The notes: generated from the letters alone by a model not told the origin. A DNA stretch of 64,000 nucleotides from Desulfobulbus sp. Tol-SR (GCA_000769715.1 JROS01000011.1:2877-66876); one strand, 5' to 3'; positions 20,982 to 31,657 are shown, numbered from the stretch's first letter. Program-made: numbers and translations.

Positions 20982-21868
20982 AAGAGCTGGTTATCGTCAG
21001 CGGCAAGGGCGGCACCGGCAAGACCAGCCTGACCGCCGCTTTTTCCAGCCTGGCCGGCCGCCATATCCTCTGCGACGCCGACGTCGATGCGGCCGACCTG
21101 CATCTGCTGCTGGCGCCCGAGGTCAGTGAGCGGCACGAATTCATGGGCGGCGGCAAGGCGGTCATTGACCCCGAACGCTGCAGTCGTTGCGGCCAGTGCC
21201 GCGACCTCTGCCGCTTTGCGGCCATAGAAGGGGAGTTCTCCGTCGATCCCATTGCCTGTGAAGGCTGCGGCGTCTGCGTTGATCTCTGTCCGGCCGGGGC
21301 CATTGATTTTCCGATCCAGAAATGCGGCGAGTGGTTTGTCTCGGATACCCGCAATGGGTCAATGGTCCATGCCCGGCTCGGGATCGCCGAGGAGAACTCC
21401 GGCAAGCTGGTCAGCTGTATCCGCCGCGAGGCCCGGCGCTTGGCGGAGGAACAGGATCTGGAGATCATCATCACCGATGGCCCCCCCGGCATCGGCTGTC
21501 CGGTCATTGCCGCTATCGGCGGCGCAACCGCCCTGGTGCTGGTCGTCGAGCCGACGGTTTCCGGATTGCACGACATGTCCCGGCTGGTCGATCTTGCCCG
21601 GCATTTCCGGGTTCCCTGTCTCCTCTGTATCAACAAGTTCGACCTCAACCTGGAGATGACCCGGAGACTGGAAGATGAGGCCAGGGAGCGGAAGATGCAA
21701 CTCGTCGGCCGCGTCCCGTTCGATCCGCTGTTCACCGAAGCGATGATCGCAGCCCGGACCGTCATTGAATACCAGCAGGATTCCCGGATTGCCGTGGCGG
21801 TCCGGGAAATATGGCACGCTATCGTCGCTTCGCCGGCGATGAACAGTTACGGCATACGGACGATGTAA
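20978..21868 (+). CDS. MinD/ParA/Mrp-family P-loop ATPase with an inserted 2x[4Fe-4S] ferredoxin domain (second copy)
   Basis: ATG 20978 overlaps the upstream stop (ATGA). It has SGKGGTGKTS and the clusters CSRCGQCRDLC and CEGCGVCVDLCP. Confidence 0.9.
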   Translation: MKELVIVSGKGGTGKTSLTAAFSSLAGRHILCDADVDAADLHLLLAPEVSERHEFMGGGKAVIDPERCSRCGQCRDLCRFAAIEGEFSVDPIACEGCGVCVDLCPAGAIDFPIQKCGEWFVSDTRNGSMVHARLGIAEENSGKLVSCIRREARRLAEEQDLEIIITDGPPGIGCPVIAAIGGATALVLVVEPTVSGLHDMSRLVDLARHFRVPCLLCINKFDLNLEMTRRLEDEARERKMQLVGRVPFDPLFTEAMIAARTVIEYQQDSRIAVAVREIWHAIVASPAMNSYGIRTM

Positions 21869-21902
21869 TCACATCAACACAACAACAAGGAGAAACAGCA
21901 AC

Positions 21903-22283
21903 ATGGCACGGGTACGTATAGCAATTCCATCTGAGGGCGAGGGTGGCCTCGACGGCATGCGGTCGGGACATTTCGGACATTGCGATGTCTTCACCTTCGT
22001 CGACCTCGAAGACGGGATCATCAAGGAGGTGTCGACCATCCCCAACGTTGATCATACCCAGGGCGGCTGCATGGTTCCGGTCAGCCTGCTGGCCCGGCAC
22101 AAGGTCAACGCCCTGGTGGTCGGAGGCATCGGCATGCGGCCGCTGATGGGTTTCCGGCAGGTCGGTATCACGGTCTTTCATGAGGACCAGCGGGCGGCGA
22201 TCAGGCCGGTCGTCGAGGATCTGATCGCCGGCAAGCTCATGGTGATCGAGGACAATCAGGTCTGCGGCGGCGGCAATCGTTAA
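21903..22283 (+). CDS. NifX/NifB-C-terminal-like (FeMo-cofactor-biosynthesis domain) protein
   Basis: 126 aa. RIAIPSEG...GHFGHCDVFTFVDLEDG...ALVVGGIGMRP is typical of the family. Confidence 0.85.
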   Translation: MARVRIAIPSEGEGGLDGMRSGHFGHCDVFTFVDLEDGIIKEVSTIPNVDHTQGGCMVPVSLLARHKVNALVVGGIGMRPLMGFRQVGITVFHEDQRAAIRPVVEDLIAGKLMVIEDNQVCGGGNR

Positions 22284-22307
22284 GCGGACGGGCATGAGGA
22301 GAAAGAC

Positions 22308-22667
22308 ATGAAAATCGCGGTGACATCGATGGGCCGGGATCTTGCCTCGGCGGTAGATCCCCGCTTTGGTCGCGCTGCCTACATCCTGATTGTCGACACA
22401 GACACGAAGGATTGCAAGGTCATAGACAATACGGTCAATGTCAGTGCCTTCAAGGGGGCGGGCATCCAGGCGGCGACGATGATTGCGGAGGAGGGGGCGG
22501 AGGTGTTGTTGACCGGATATTGCGGACCGAATGCCTTCCGGATCCTGGAGGCTGCCGGCATCAAGGTCGGCAGCGACATAAGCGGAACGGTGGCGGATGT
22601 GGTCGTCGCCTTTGTCGAAGGAAAGATCAACTACATTGAAACTGCCAACGCCGAGGGGCATTGGTAA
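22308..22667 (+). CDS. NifX/NifB-C-terminal-like (FeMo-cofactor-biosynthesis domain) protein
   Basis: 119 aa: MKIAVTSMG..LASAVDPRFGRAAYILIVDTDT...LLTGYCGPNAF. Confidence 0.85.
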   Translation: MKIAVTSMGRDLASAVDPRFGRAAYILIVDTDTKDCKVIDNTVNVSAFKGAGIQAATMIAEEGAEVLLTGYCGPNAFRILEAAGIKVGSDISGTVADVVVAFVEGKINYIETANAEGHW

Positions 22668-22733
22668 TCTTTGATCCTGCCGGCCTGGCTCGGAGCGCGA
22701 TGGGGCCGGGCCGGGCAGGGGTGGTGAGTGAAC

Positions 22734-23201
22734 ATGGCTATGAACGATGATGAGTTCGAGGCGGCAGTAGCAAAGATTCAGCAGGAGGTCTTGAGCGACG
22801 TCCGTCGCGCCTTCGGCGACGTCGGATTCGAGCGCTGGCGCAAGACCCGGTATCACGGCCGGATGAATGATGCCGACAGCTTTGCCCGTATCCGCGGCAG
22901 GTGCGGTGATACGATGGAGATCTATTTGAAGTTCAGAGACGGGGTGGTGCAGAAAGCCACCTATTTCACCGACGGTTGCGGATCGAGCGCGCTGTGCGGA
23001 TCTTTTACGGCAGAGCTGGCCATGGGCAGGAATCCTGATGAGGTCTGCCGCATCACCGGGGCGGATGTGCTGAAAGAACTCGGCACCTTTCCCAAGGATG
23101 AGGAGCACTGCGCGGCCCTGGCGGTCGAGACCCTGCAGGAGGCCCTTCATCAATACATGCTCAACGAAACGGGGCAAAGGAGCGAGGGGGCCGCAAAATG
23201 A
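22734..23201 (+). CDS. IscU/NifU N-terminal-like Fe-S cluster scaffold protein
   Basis: About 155 aa (the track ORF starts at GTG 22728). The three scaffold cysteines are in context: GRCGDTM, TDGCGSS and EEHCAALA. Confidence 0.8.
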   Translation: MAMNDDEFEAAVAKIQQEVLSDVRRAFGDVGFERWRKTRYHGRMNDADSFARIRGRCGDTMEIYLKFRDGVVQKATYFTDGCGSSALCGSFTAELAMGRNPDEVCRITGADVLKELGTFPKDEEHCAALAVETLQEALHQYMLNETGQRSEGAAK

Positions 23202-23442
23202 CGTTTGGCCCGAAGTCGTTGCGGCTGCTTCCCGGCAGGATCAGCGCTGCCGGTGCCGTTGCAGTTCGCTGATCCTGCTGAAGTCTTCCTCGCCCAAACG
23301 GTCGCAATCGACACCGGCACCTGTTCGTCCCCGTGATTTCATCACATCCTGGTGGTTACGCTCGCCGGGTACTGTCAAAAGCCCAAGGTACCGGAGAATG
23401 CTGCCGCAGTCTGCCGGCAGGCGGGGAGGGGGCGGTGGCATC

Positions 23443-24192
23443 CTAGCTGCGCGACCGCGGGAACCGGCCGTGGATGAGCTTGCCCATTGCCGCCGGCGCC
23501 GTTGCTTTCCCCTCGGCTGTTCCCGCCTCTTCATTCTTTTTCAATCCCCGCCTCTTCATTTCATTCAGGAAACCGGCATACGTCTGCAGCTGTTCGATCG
23601 CCATCGGCAGGGTAAACAGGAGTACAGCCAACTGCCGGTCCGGGGTGTCGCCTTCCGCGGCATCGTCCTCGGTAACGGCCTCCTTCATGATCTCCTGGGG
23701 CATACGGTCGAAGACGACGGTCCGGACTTCGGGAGCAAGCAAACCCTCGATCACCATCAGGCTGGAAATGACATCGTGGACCATTGTCGGTGGCAGTGCC
23801 GACAATTCTTCCGGTTCCCAGATGTCAGGACGCAGAGATAAAGCCATATCGAAGCCGAAGGTCCAGTCCAGAATTGCATCGAACACTCCATCTCTGGCAG
23901 AAAAAATATCGAATGGAAATGCGGGACAGCCGGCATCGAAGGCGGCCTTGATGGTTCTATGGACCTGCCGCAGTCCATCGAACAACTGCCGACCCTGGTC
24001 CATTGAGGCGAATTCCGGTGTTTTGCCGGCGAAGATCCGCGGTATCCACTCACTCGGCAGCAGGGTATCCGGGGTAATGGCGAGGCCGTAAAGAAATCCG
24101 GTCAACTGGTCATAGGACAAGGTGTTTTCCGGCTCGGGCGCCAGTGCAAGGAATTTCTTGAGTGTTTTCTTCTGCTCCCCAGTGATCATCAT
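23443..24192 (-). CDS. UPF0149/YecA-N-terminal-like family protein
   Basis: 249 aa. LSYDQLTGFLYGLAITPDTLLPSEWIPRIF resembles the UPF0149 signature. There is no SEC-C motif at the C-terminus. Confidence 0.6.
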   Translation of the reverse strand: MMITGEQKKTLKKFLALAPEPENTLSYDQLTGFLYGLAITPDTLLPSEWIPRIFAGKTPEFASMDQGRQLFDGLRQVHRTIKAAFDAGCPAFPFDIFSARDGVFDAILDWTFGFDMALSLRPDIWEPEELSALPPTMVHDVISSLMVIEGLLAPEVRTVVFDRMPQEIMKEAVTEDDAAEGDTPDRQLAVLLFTLPMAIEQLQTYAGFLNEMKRRGLKKNEEAGTAEGKATAPAAMGKLIHGRFPRSRS

Positions 24193-24457
24193 GTCTTTTT
24201 GCCGATCTTGAGTGAAGGGTATTCAAGCGTCAATACATCATCCGAGCAGGTTTAATGGACAGTGGCGGGAAAGAAAAGGAGAATCCGTCCGGTGTATCCT
24301 GGGCGACAGCAGCCTTCACTTGATGGGACGGCGGTGGAAAAGAATTTTCTATCAGCCTCGGCGTTCGGTGAAAAATGCTGGGATTGAGCGGTGGAGGCTG
24401 GTAGAATTGCGGTCTTTGCATCCAGCGATGAAGGTATCGCAATCAAGTGAGGTGGCC

Positions 24458-25882
24458 ATGGAAGAGAACGAAGTGTTTTCGCAGCTTCTTGCGATTATTG
24501 AACAATATTATAGAGATCAGCGGTCGGGGATTTTCCTTGATTACCATAATCCCGCGGAGCTTGCGGATCTGCTGCAACTCGACGGACCTGAAGGCAGTGA
24601 AAACTGGGAGAATCTCTTCGGCTGGGTGGAGAAATACCTCCGCTATGCGGTCAAGACCAACCACCCGGCGTTCGTCAACCGGATGTGGAGCGGCGCGACC
24701 CTGCCGACCGTGATCGGCGAGATCGTCACCGCCATTTCCAATACCTCGGCCTGCACCTACGAGAGCGCCCCGGTCTCGACGCTGTTCGAGAACTATATGA
24801 TCGACCGCCTGCTCGACATCGTTGGTTTTACCGGCGGTCAGGGGCAGATGACCACCGGCTCGAGCAATGCCAACATGATTGCGATGATGTGTGCCCGCAA
24901 CCTGTACGACCCGGTGATCAAGGAAGAGGGTGTGAGCCGCGGCCGGCTCGTCGCCTTTGTCAGCGCCGATGCCCACTATTCGATGGATCGGGCGGCCAAC
25001 ATCCTCGGCCTCGGGCTGAAACAGCTGGTCCGGGTCCCGGTAGATCGTCGCGGTCGCATGGATGTCGAGATTCTGGCGCAGCGGCTGACTGAGGTCCAGG
25101 CCCAGGGGCAACAACCGTTTTTCGTCGCCGCCACCGCCGGGACGACGGTACGGGGGGCTTTCGACCCGATCGAACCGCTCCTCGCATTGCGATCCCGGTT
25201 CGGCTTCTGGCTCCATGTCGACGGGGCCTGGGGCGGGGCGACGGTGCTCAGCGAGACTCTGCGCCGCCGGTATCTGCAGGGGTTGGAAAAGGCCGACTCC
25301 TTCACCATGGATTTCCACAAGATGCTCGGTTCGTCGCTGATCTGCAATATCCTGATGCTGAACCGGGGGAAGAATACGCTTCGTGCGTCCCTGGCGGCCG
25401 GCGATGGCAGCTATCTCTTCAGGGAGGATGGCGAGGACGGGATGTTCGATCTCGGACCTTCGTCGCTGCAGTGCGGTCGCCGGGTCGACAGCCTCAAATG
25501 GTTCCTCGATTGGAAGTTTTACGGCCGCGCCGGCCTGGCCGCCCGGGTCGAACGGTTTCTCGAGCTCTGCGGCTATGCCGAACAATGCCTGGGCCGACAC
25601 CCGGAATTGGAACAGATGGCCCCGCGCGAGTCGTTTAATGTCTGTTTCCGTTACCGCAGGCCCGAGGCCGAGGCCAACCGGTTCAACCTCGCCCTGCGCA
25701 CCAGGCTGTACCAGCGGGGGATCAGCATGATCGGCTGCGCCTATGTCGAGGGCCGGCTCGTCCTGCGGCTGCTGATCACCAACGTCTCGATCGATGAGGA
25801 TGATATCGAGAGGTTCTTCGCCGGTATGGTGGACACCGGCCGGGCGCTGGCGACCGAATGGAAGGCGGGGGCGACCGGTTGA
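24458..25882 (+). CDS. Group II pyridoxal-dependent decarboxylase (GAD/CSAD/PanP-like)
   Basis: 474 aa from ATG 24458 (GAGGTGG RBS). The PLP-lysine context is SFTMDFHKMLG, and HPAFVNRMWSG is typical of group II decarboxylases. Substrate cannot be determined from sequence. Confidence 0.85.
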   Translation: MEENEVFSQLLAIIEQYYRDQRSGIFLDYHNPAELADLLQLDGPEGSENWENLFGWVEKYLRYAVKTNHPAFVNRMWSGATLPTVIGEIVTAISNTSACTYESAPVSTLFENYMIDRLLDIVGFTGGQGQMTTGSSNANMIAMMCARNLYDPVIKEEGVSRGRLVAFVSADAHYSMDRAANILGLGLKQLVRVPVDRRGRMDVEILAQRLTEVQAQGQQPFFVAATAGTTVRGAFDPIEPLLALRSRFGFWLHVDGAWGGATVLSETLRRRYLQGLEKADSFTMDFHKMLGSSLICNILMLNRGKNTLRASLAAGDGSYLFREDGEDGMFDLGPSSLQCGRRVDSLKWFLDWKFYGRAGLAARVERFLELCGYAEQCLGRHPELEQMAPRESFNVCFRYRRPEAEANRFNLALRTRLYQRGISMIGCAYVEGRLVLRLLITNVSIDEDDIERFFAGMVDTGRALATEWKAGATG

Positions 25883-25910
25883 CGGGCGGTGACCCCGGTG
25901 GGGCAGGTAT

Positions 25911-27338
<1,428 letters not shown>

Positions 27339-27685
27339 GATATCCTAAAACGGTATTTCAGTTCCTGAAATCGGGAAGTAAACCAGGGTCTCAATAAAAA
27401 CGGTATGAAGATACCGATAAAATTCGACAGAATCCCTGGCGGAAGGGGGTTTGCATCGCAACAATATTTGTTATTGTATGCTGATGTCGAACCGAAAAAG
27501 CCTTTGTATCGTTACGTTGCTGACGCAATCGAGCGTTACAAAATACAGATTATTGGTAAAGAAAACAAGATGGTAAAGTTGAAAAGGAAGCACAGTTCCG
27601 AAATTTTTCCGTTGCGAGGCCGGGAGGCTGGGTCTCATGGGATGGAAAAAAGTGAAATCAGGTAGATACGTATGTGTAACGGATC

Positions 27686-27701
27686 TGGCACCATATATGC
27701 T
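27686..27701 (+). promoter_or_regulatory. Candidate sigma-54 (-24/-12) promoter facing the citrate synthase gene
   Basis: TGGCACcatatATGCT has correct GG-N10-GC spacing. It lies 116 nt upstream of ATG 27817, in the spacer shared with a divergent sigma-54 activator. Confidence 0.6.
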
Positions 27702-27816
27702 AAAGGCGATCCCGGTGCCAAGATACTATGAACGGGAAAAAGAGAACCCTGGCGGCTGGAAACGATCGCCGGAATGAGTTCCGGCAGGGTGATCAATTGG
27801 TTACAGGAATGCTAAC

Positions 27817-28974
27817 ATGGCGAAGAACTGCATCAAAGAACCGGAAGTGAGACAGTCGGAAGCGGGGCTTGCCGACGTCGTGGCCTGCCAGTCGGATATC
27901 TGTTTTATCGACGGCGACAACTGCCGCCTGGTCTATCGCGGCTATAACGCCCTCGACCTGGCGCTGAACAGCAATTTCGAGGAGGTCGCCTACCTGCTGT
28001 GGTACGGCTGCCTGCCGAGGATTACCGAGTACAAGGCCTTCCTTGCCGGTTTCACCGGGTCGATGTCCCTGCCCAGCAATACGGTAATGATCCTGCGGAT
28101 GTTCCCGAAATCAGTGACGCCGATGGAGGTGCTCCGCACCGCGGTCTCCTCCCTGGGGCATTGGGACCCGGACAGCGGCAATACCGCCCTCGACGCCTGT
28201 CTGCGCAAGGCTCAGCGCCTGACCCTGCGCATGCCGCTGCTGATCGCCGCGCACCAGCGCCTTCGCGAGGGCAATGAGCCGATCAACCCGATCCCCGGCC
28301 AGGGCATTGCCTACAACTTCCTCTATACCCTGCAGGGCAAGGTTCCTGATCCGAAGATCGTCGAGGCCTTCGATATGGCCCTCATCCTCCATGCCGACCA
28401 TGAGCTCAATGCCTCCACCTTTGCGGCCCGGGTGACGGCGGCAACCATGGCCGACATCTACTCCTGTGTGACCAGCGCCATCGGGGCCCTGAAGGGACCG
28501 CTGCACGGCGGCGCCAACATGGAAGTGATGCAGATGATCGAAGAGATCGGTACGCCGGAGAACGCCGAGCCCTATATTCTCGACAAACTCGAGAACAAGG
28601 TGAAGATCCCCGGCTTCGGCCACCGGGTCTACCGTTGCGAGGATCCCCGGGTCACCGTTCTGCGCGACTGCGCCGAATCGATCTCGGAGTTGGCCGGCGA
28701 GGGCAAAAATTACGCGATCACCCGGGAGATCGAGCGCGTCGTTCTCGAGAAGACCAAGGTCTATCCCAATGTCGACCTCTATACCGCCTCGCTGTACCAT
28801 GCGATGGGGATCCCGACGGAGTTGTTCACCCCGATCTTCGCGATCAGCAGGGTGGTCGGCTGGACGTCGCATATCCTCGAACAGTGGTCGAACAACCGTT
28901 TGATCAGGCCTCGGGCGGAATATACCGGCCCCCGGGACCTGGTCTACTCGCCGATTGACCAGCGGACGAGGTAG
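27817..28974 (+). CDS. Citrate synthase (short, about 385-aa type; 2-methylcitrate synthase not excluded)
   Basis: 385 aa with HADHELNASTF, GPLHGGAN and PGFGHRVY catalytic motifs. Confidence 0.9.
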   Translation: MAKNCIKEPEVRQSEAGLADVVACQSDICFIDGDNCRLVYRGYNALDLALNSNFEEVAYLLWYGCLPRITEYKAFLAGFTGSMSLPSNTVMILRMFPKSVTPMEVLRTAVSSLGHWDPDSGNTALDACLRKAQRLTLRMPLLIAAHQRLREGNEPINPIPGQGIAYNFLYTLQGKVPDPKIVEAFDMALILHADHELNASTFAARVTAATMADIYSCVTSAIGALKGPLHGGANMEVMQMIEEIGTPENAEPYILDKLENKVKIPGFGHRVYRCEDPRVTVLRDCAESISELAGEGKNYAITREIERVVLEKTKVYPNVDLYTASLYHAMGIPTELFTPIFAISRVVGWTSHILEQWSNNRLIRPRAEYTGPRDLVYSPIDQRTR

Positions 28975-29151
28975 GGCTGGAGTATTGCACGACAGCGATG
29001 GGATTGATGGCAGCCGCACCGGGATTGAAAACAATCGGCCAATGAATGTGTGTAGTCAAGCTGCAAGGCCCGGTGGCGTCCACCGGGTTCGAATCGGCAA
29101 AGCTGCCTGGCTCTATCCAGGTATTCTCAACAGGGAGAGTAGCGAGAGACA

Positions 29152-29628
29152 ATGTATCCATCGCATTTTGGCAAGAATGTGCTGTTTCCACGCAGTCAGG
29201 ACTTCGAGGTGGTGGTCAAGGATGAAGTCGTCGGTATGGGGGTCGTTGCCCACAGAGGCTTTACCAAGGGAGAGCTGATTGCCGCCCTGGCCGGCGAACT
29301 CATCCATGACATCCGCCAGCACAGCCTGCAGATCAGGCCGGGCGTCCACCTCTACGACATCTATTTTTCCGGATATTTTCTGCACTCCTGTGCGCCGAAT
29401 GTCTCTCTCGACATGGAGAATCTGGTGGTCCATGCCATCAGGGATATCCGGCCCGGCGATTACCTCTACATGGACTATGCCCAGACCGAGGACGTGCTGT
29501 TCAAGCAGTTTCCCTGCAGTTGCGGCTCGGAAAACTGCCGTGGCTGGATTACCGGCAGAAGAGAGCAGATAACCGGGTATATTTCCGATAACCTGACAGA
29601 TTTCCCTGCCAACAAGATCATCGGGTAA
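29152..29628 (+). CDS. SET-domain protein (putative lysine N-methyltransferase)
   Basis: 158 aa with HRGFTKGELI, FLHSCAPNV (the NHSCxPN block), GDYLYMDY (the ELxFDY block) and a post-SET CSCGSENC motif. Confidence 0.75.
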   Translation: MYPSHFGKNVLFPRSQDFEVVVKDEVVGMGVVAHRGFTKGELIAALAGELIHDIRQHSLQIRPGVHLYDIYFSGYFLHSCAPNVSLDMENLVVHAIRDIRPGDYLYMDYAQTEDVLFKQFPCSCGSENCRGWITGRREQITGYISDNLTDFPANKIIG

Positions 29629-29636
29629 GATTGGCA

Positions 29637-30833
29637 ATGAACGGATGGTGGGAGCGCGATGATCTGCGGTACGCCGATGACCGCCTGATGTTCGCCGGCC
29701 GGTCGGCGGCGGATCTGGCGTACCAGTACGGCAGTCCTTCGTTTTTCTACAGTGCCCGCCGGGTGGCGGCGAATCTGACCCGGCTGCACGCGGTTCTCGA
29801 TACGGCCGGATTCGCCGGTCGGCATCGCCTCAACTATGCGATGAAGGCCAACCGGTTTGCGCCGTTGCTGACCTGGATGAAGACCAGCGGCCTTTGCAGT
29901 ATCGACGCATGTTCTCCCCAGGAGGTGGAGCATGCCGTCGGTTGCGGCTTTTCACCGGCCGAGATTTCATTCACCGCGACGAGCCTGTCCGACCGGGATT
30001 TCGATCGGCTGTCACGGCTCGACGGCCTGGTCATGAACTGCGATTCCCTCCATTCGATCCGGCAATGGGGGGAGCGCCGACCGGGACGGAAGATCGGCAT
30101 CCGTGTCAATCCGGCAGTCGGCGTCGGCCGGGCCCACAACGAGATGCTGCAGTACAGCGGCGGCCGGACCACCAAATTCGGGATCTACCGGGAACAGTTC
30201 GCCGAGGCTGTCGAACTGGCGGCACGGTATGGTCTCACCATCGAGCGAATCCACTTCCATACAGGATGCGGTTATCTGACGCCGCAGTTGAACGCCTGGG
30301 AAAGGGTGGTGAAGGAATGCCTGTGGTTCGTCGACCGGATCGACACGGTCACGACCGTCAATGTCGGCGGCGGTCTCGGCGTTCCCCATACCGCCCAGGA
30401 CCGGCCCCTCGACCTGGCGCAGTGGGCGGCAATCCTGACCCGACATTTCCAGCCGCGCCGGCTGCAGATCGAGGTTGAACCCGGAGATTACCTGGTCAAG
30501 GATGGCGGACTGCTGCTCCTCACGGTCAATGCGGTGGAGAAGAAGCAGGACACGGTCTTTGTCGGTGTCGACGCCGGCTTCAACATCGCTGTCGAACCAG
30601 CCGTCTATGGCCTCCCTTTCCAGCCGGTGCCGGTGTGTCGCCGGCCGGGCGGGGAGCCGTGCACCCTGGTCGGCAATATCAATGAGGCCCTTGATGTCTG
30701 GTACGCCGATGTTCTGTTGCCACCGGTGGCATCAGGGGATTTCCTGGCCCTGATCAACGCCGGGGCCTATTCGGCTTCGATGGCCTCCAATCACTGCATG
30801 CGCGGCGAATTCAGGGAATTCCTGCTCCTCTGA
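29637..30833 (+). CDS. Diaminopimelate/ornithine decarboxylase-fold (fold-type III PLP) enzyme, LysA-like variant
   Basis: About 398 aa with YAMKAN (PLP Lys), GGGLGVP and EPGDYLV. It has VGNINEALD where LysA has GP.CESGD. Confidence 0.85.
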   Translation: MNGWWERDDLRYADDRLMFAGRSAADLAYQYGSPSFFYSARRVAANLTRLHAVLDTAGFAGRHRLNYAMKANRFAPLLTWMKTSGLCSIDACSPQEVEHAVGCGFSPAEISFTATSLSDRDFDRLSRLDGLVMNCDSLHSIRQWGERRPGRKIGIRVNPAVGVGRAHNEMLQYSGGRTTKFGIYREQFAEAVELAARYGLTIERIHFHTGCGYLTPQLNAWERVVKECLWFVDRIDTVTTVNVGGGLGVPHTAQDRPLDLAQWAAILTRHFQPRRLQIEVEPGDYLVKDGGLLLLTVNAVEKKQDTVFVGVDAGFNIAVEPAVYGLPFQPVPVCRRPGGEPCTLVGNINEALDVWYADVLLPPVASGDFLALINAGAYSASMASNHCMRGEFREFLLL

Positions 30834-30987
30834 GATGCGTCGGCATTGGCCGTGAAGACTCGACGCCTGACGCAAAACGCCGGGCCGATACCGTTGGCCG
30901 TTGCCACCCCATGCACAACACCAATACACATCGCCCGAGGCAGGGGCTCGTCTGCAGTCCGGAAATCCGCGTGAGCTGCCTGAATCG

Positions 30988-31016
30988 TTGCAATTGGTTG
31001 ATTCTTCACCTAGAAT
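30988..31016 (+). promoter_or_regulatory. Candidate sigma-70 promoter (TTGCAA-17-TAGAAT)
   Basis: Hexamers lie at 30988-30993 and 31011-31016 with a 17-nt spacer, about 85 nt upstream of ATG 31100. Confidence 0.4.
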
Positions 31017-31099
31017 GAATTCCGGAACGGTCGGCGTTGCCCGGGCGCTGTTCCATTGGTAAGATGATGGTCGCAAGGGAATTGAAGGAGATTTGATCG

Positions 31100-31648
31100 A
31101 TGGGGAATTCATTTCGGGAACAGTTGCTGAAGCTGGGTCTGGTCGAGAAGAAACAGGTCGATCAGGCGAAGAAGAAGGAATACCTGACCAAGAAGCAGCA
31201 GCCGAAGAGCCGGGCCCAGCAAATCGTTGACGAGAACAAGGCCCTGGCCAAGCAGGCCCTGGCGGAGAAGAAGGAAAAGGAGCGGCTGCGCAATCAGCAG
31301 CGCGAGGAAGAACTGCGGCGCAAGCAGGAGGCTGAACAGGTCAGGCAATTGATTGCCAGCCACCGCCTGGCCCAGGACAAGCAGGGGACGGCCTTTCGCT
31401 TTGCCGACACGGGCAGGATCCAGCGGATCTTCATTGCGGCAGCGATGGTGGATGGCCTCAGCCGGGGGATGCTGGCCATTACCCGCTCCGGTTCCGCCTA
31501 TGAAGTCATCCCGGCGGCGATCGCCGAAAAAATCGTCCTCCTTGAGCCGGCGGTTATCGTCTTGTGGAACCGGGACCGGAATAACAACGAATCGACCGTC
31601 GACGATGCCTACGCCGGCTACGAGATTCCTGACGACCTGATGTGGTAG
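31100..31648 (+). CDS. DUF2058 (YaiL-like) protein
   Basis: 182 aa with N-terminal FREQLLKLGLV, a K/E-rich middle and C-terminal YAGYEIPDDLMW, as in YaiL. Confidence 0.8.
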   Translation: MGNSFREQLLKLGLVEKKQVDQAKKKEYLTKKQQPKSRAQQIVDENKALAKQALAEKKEKERLRNQQREEELRRKQEAEQVRQLIASHRLAQDKQGTAFRFADTGRIQRIFIAAAMVDGLSRGMLAITRSGSAYEVIPAAIAEKIVLLEPAVIVLWNRDRNNNESTVDDAYAGYEIPDDLMW

Positions 31649-31657
31649 ATCCTTCGC

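Noticed and set aside
21819-23177. 452-aa minus-strand ORF
   Set aside because: It is antisense to three short genes with clear NifX-like and IscU-like signatures and good RBS spacing. No domain is recognisable.
27405-27665. 86-aa + strand ORF in the AT-rich spacer
   Set aside because: It has no RBS and atypical codon usage and composition for this genome. It lies in what looks like a sigma-54 enhancer/promoter region, so it is more likely non-coding.
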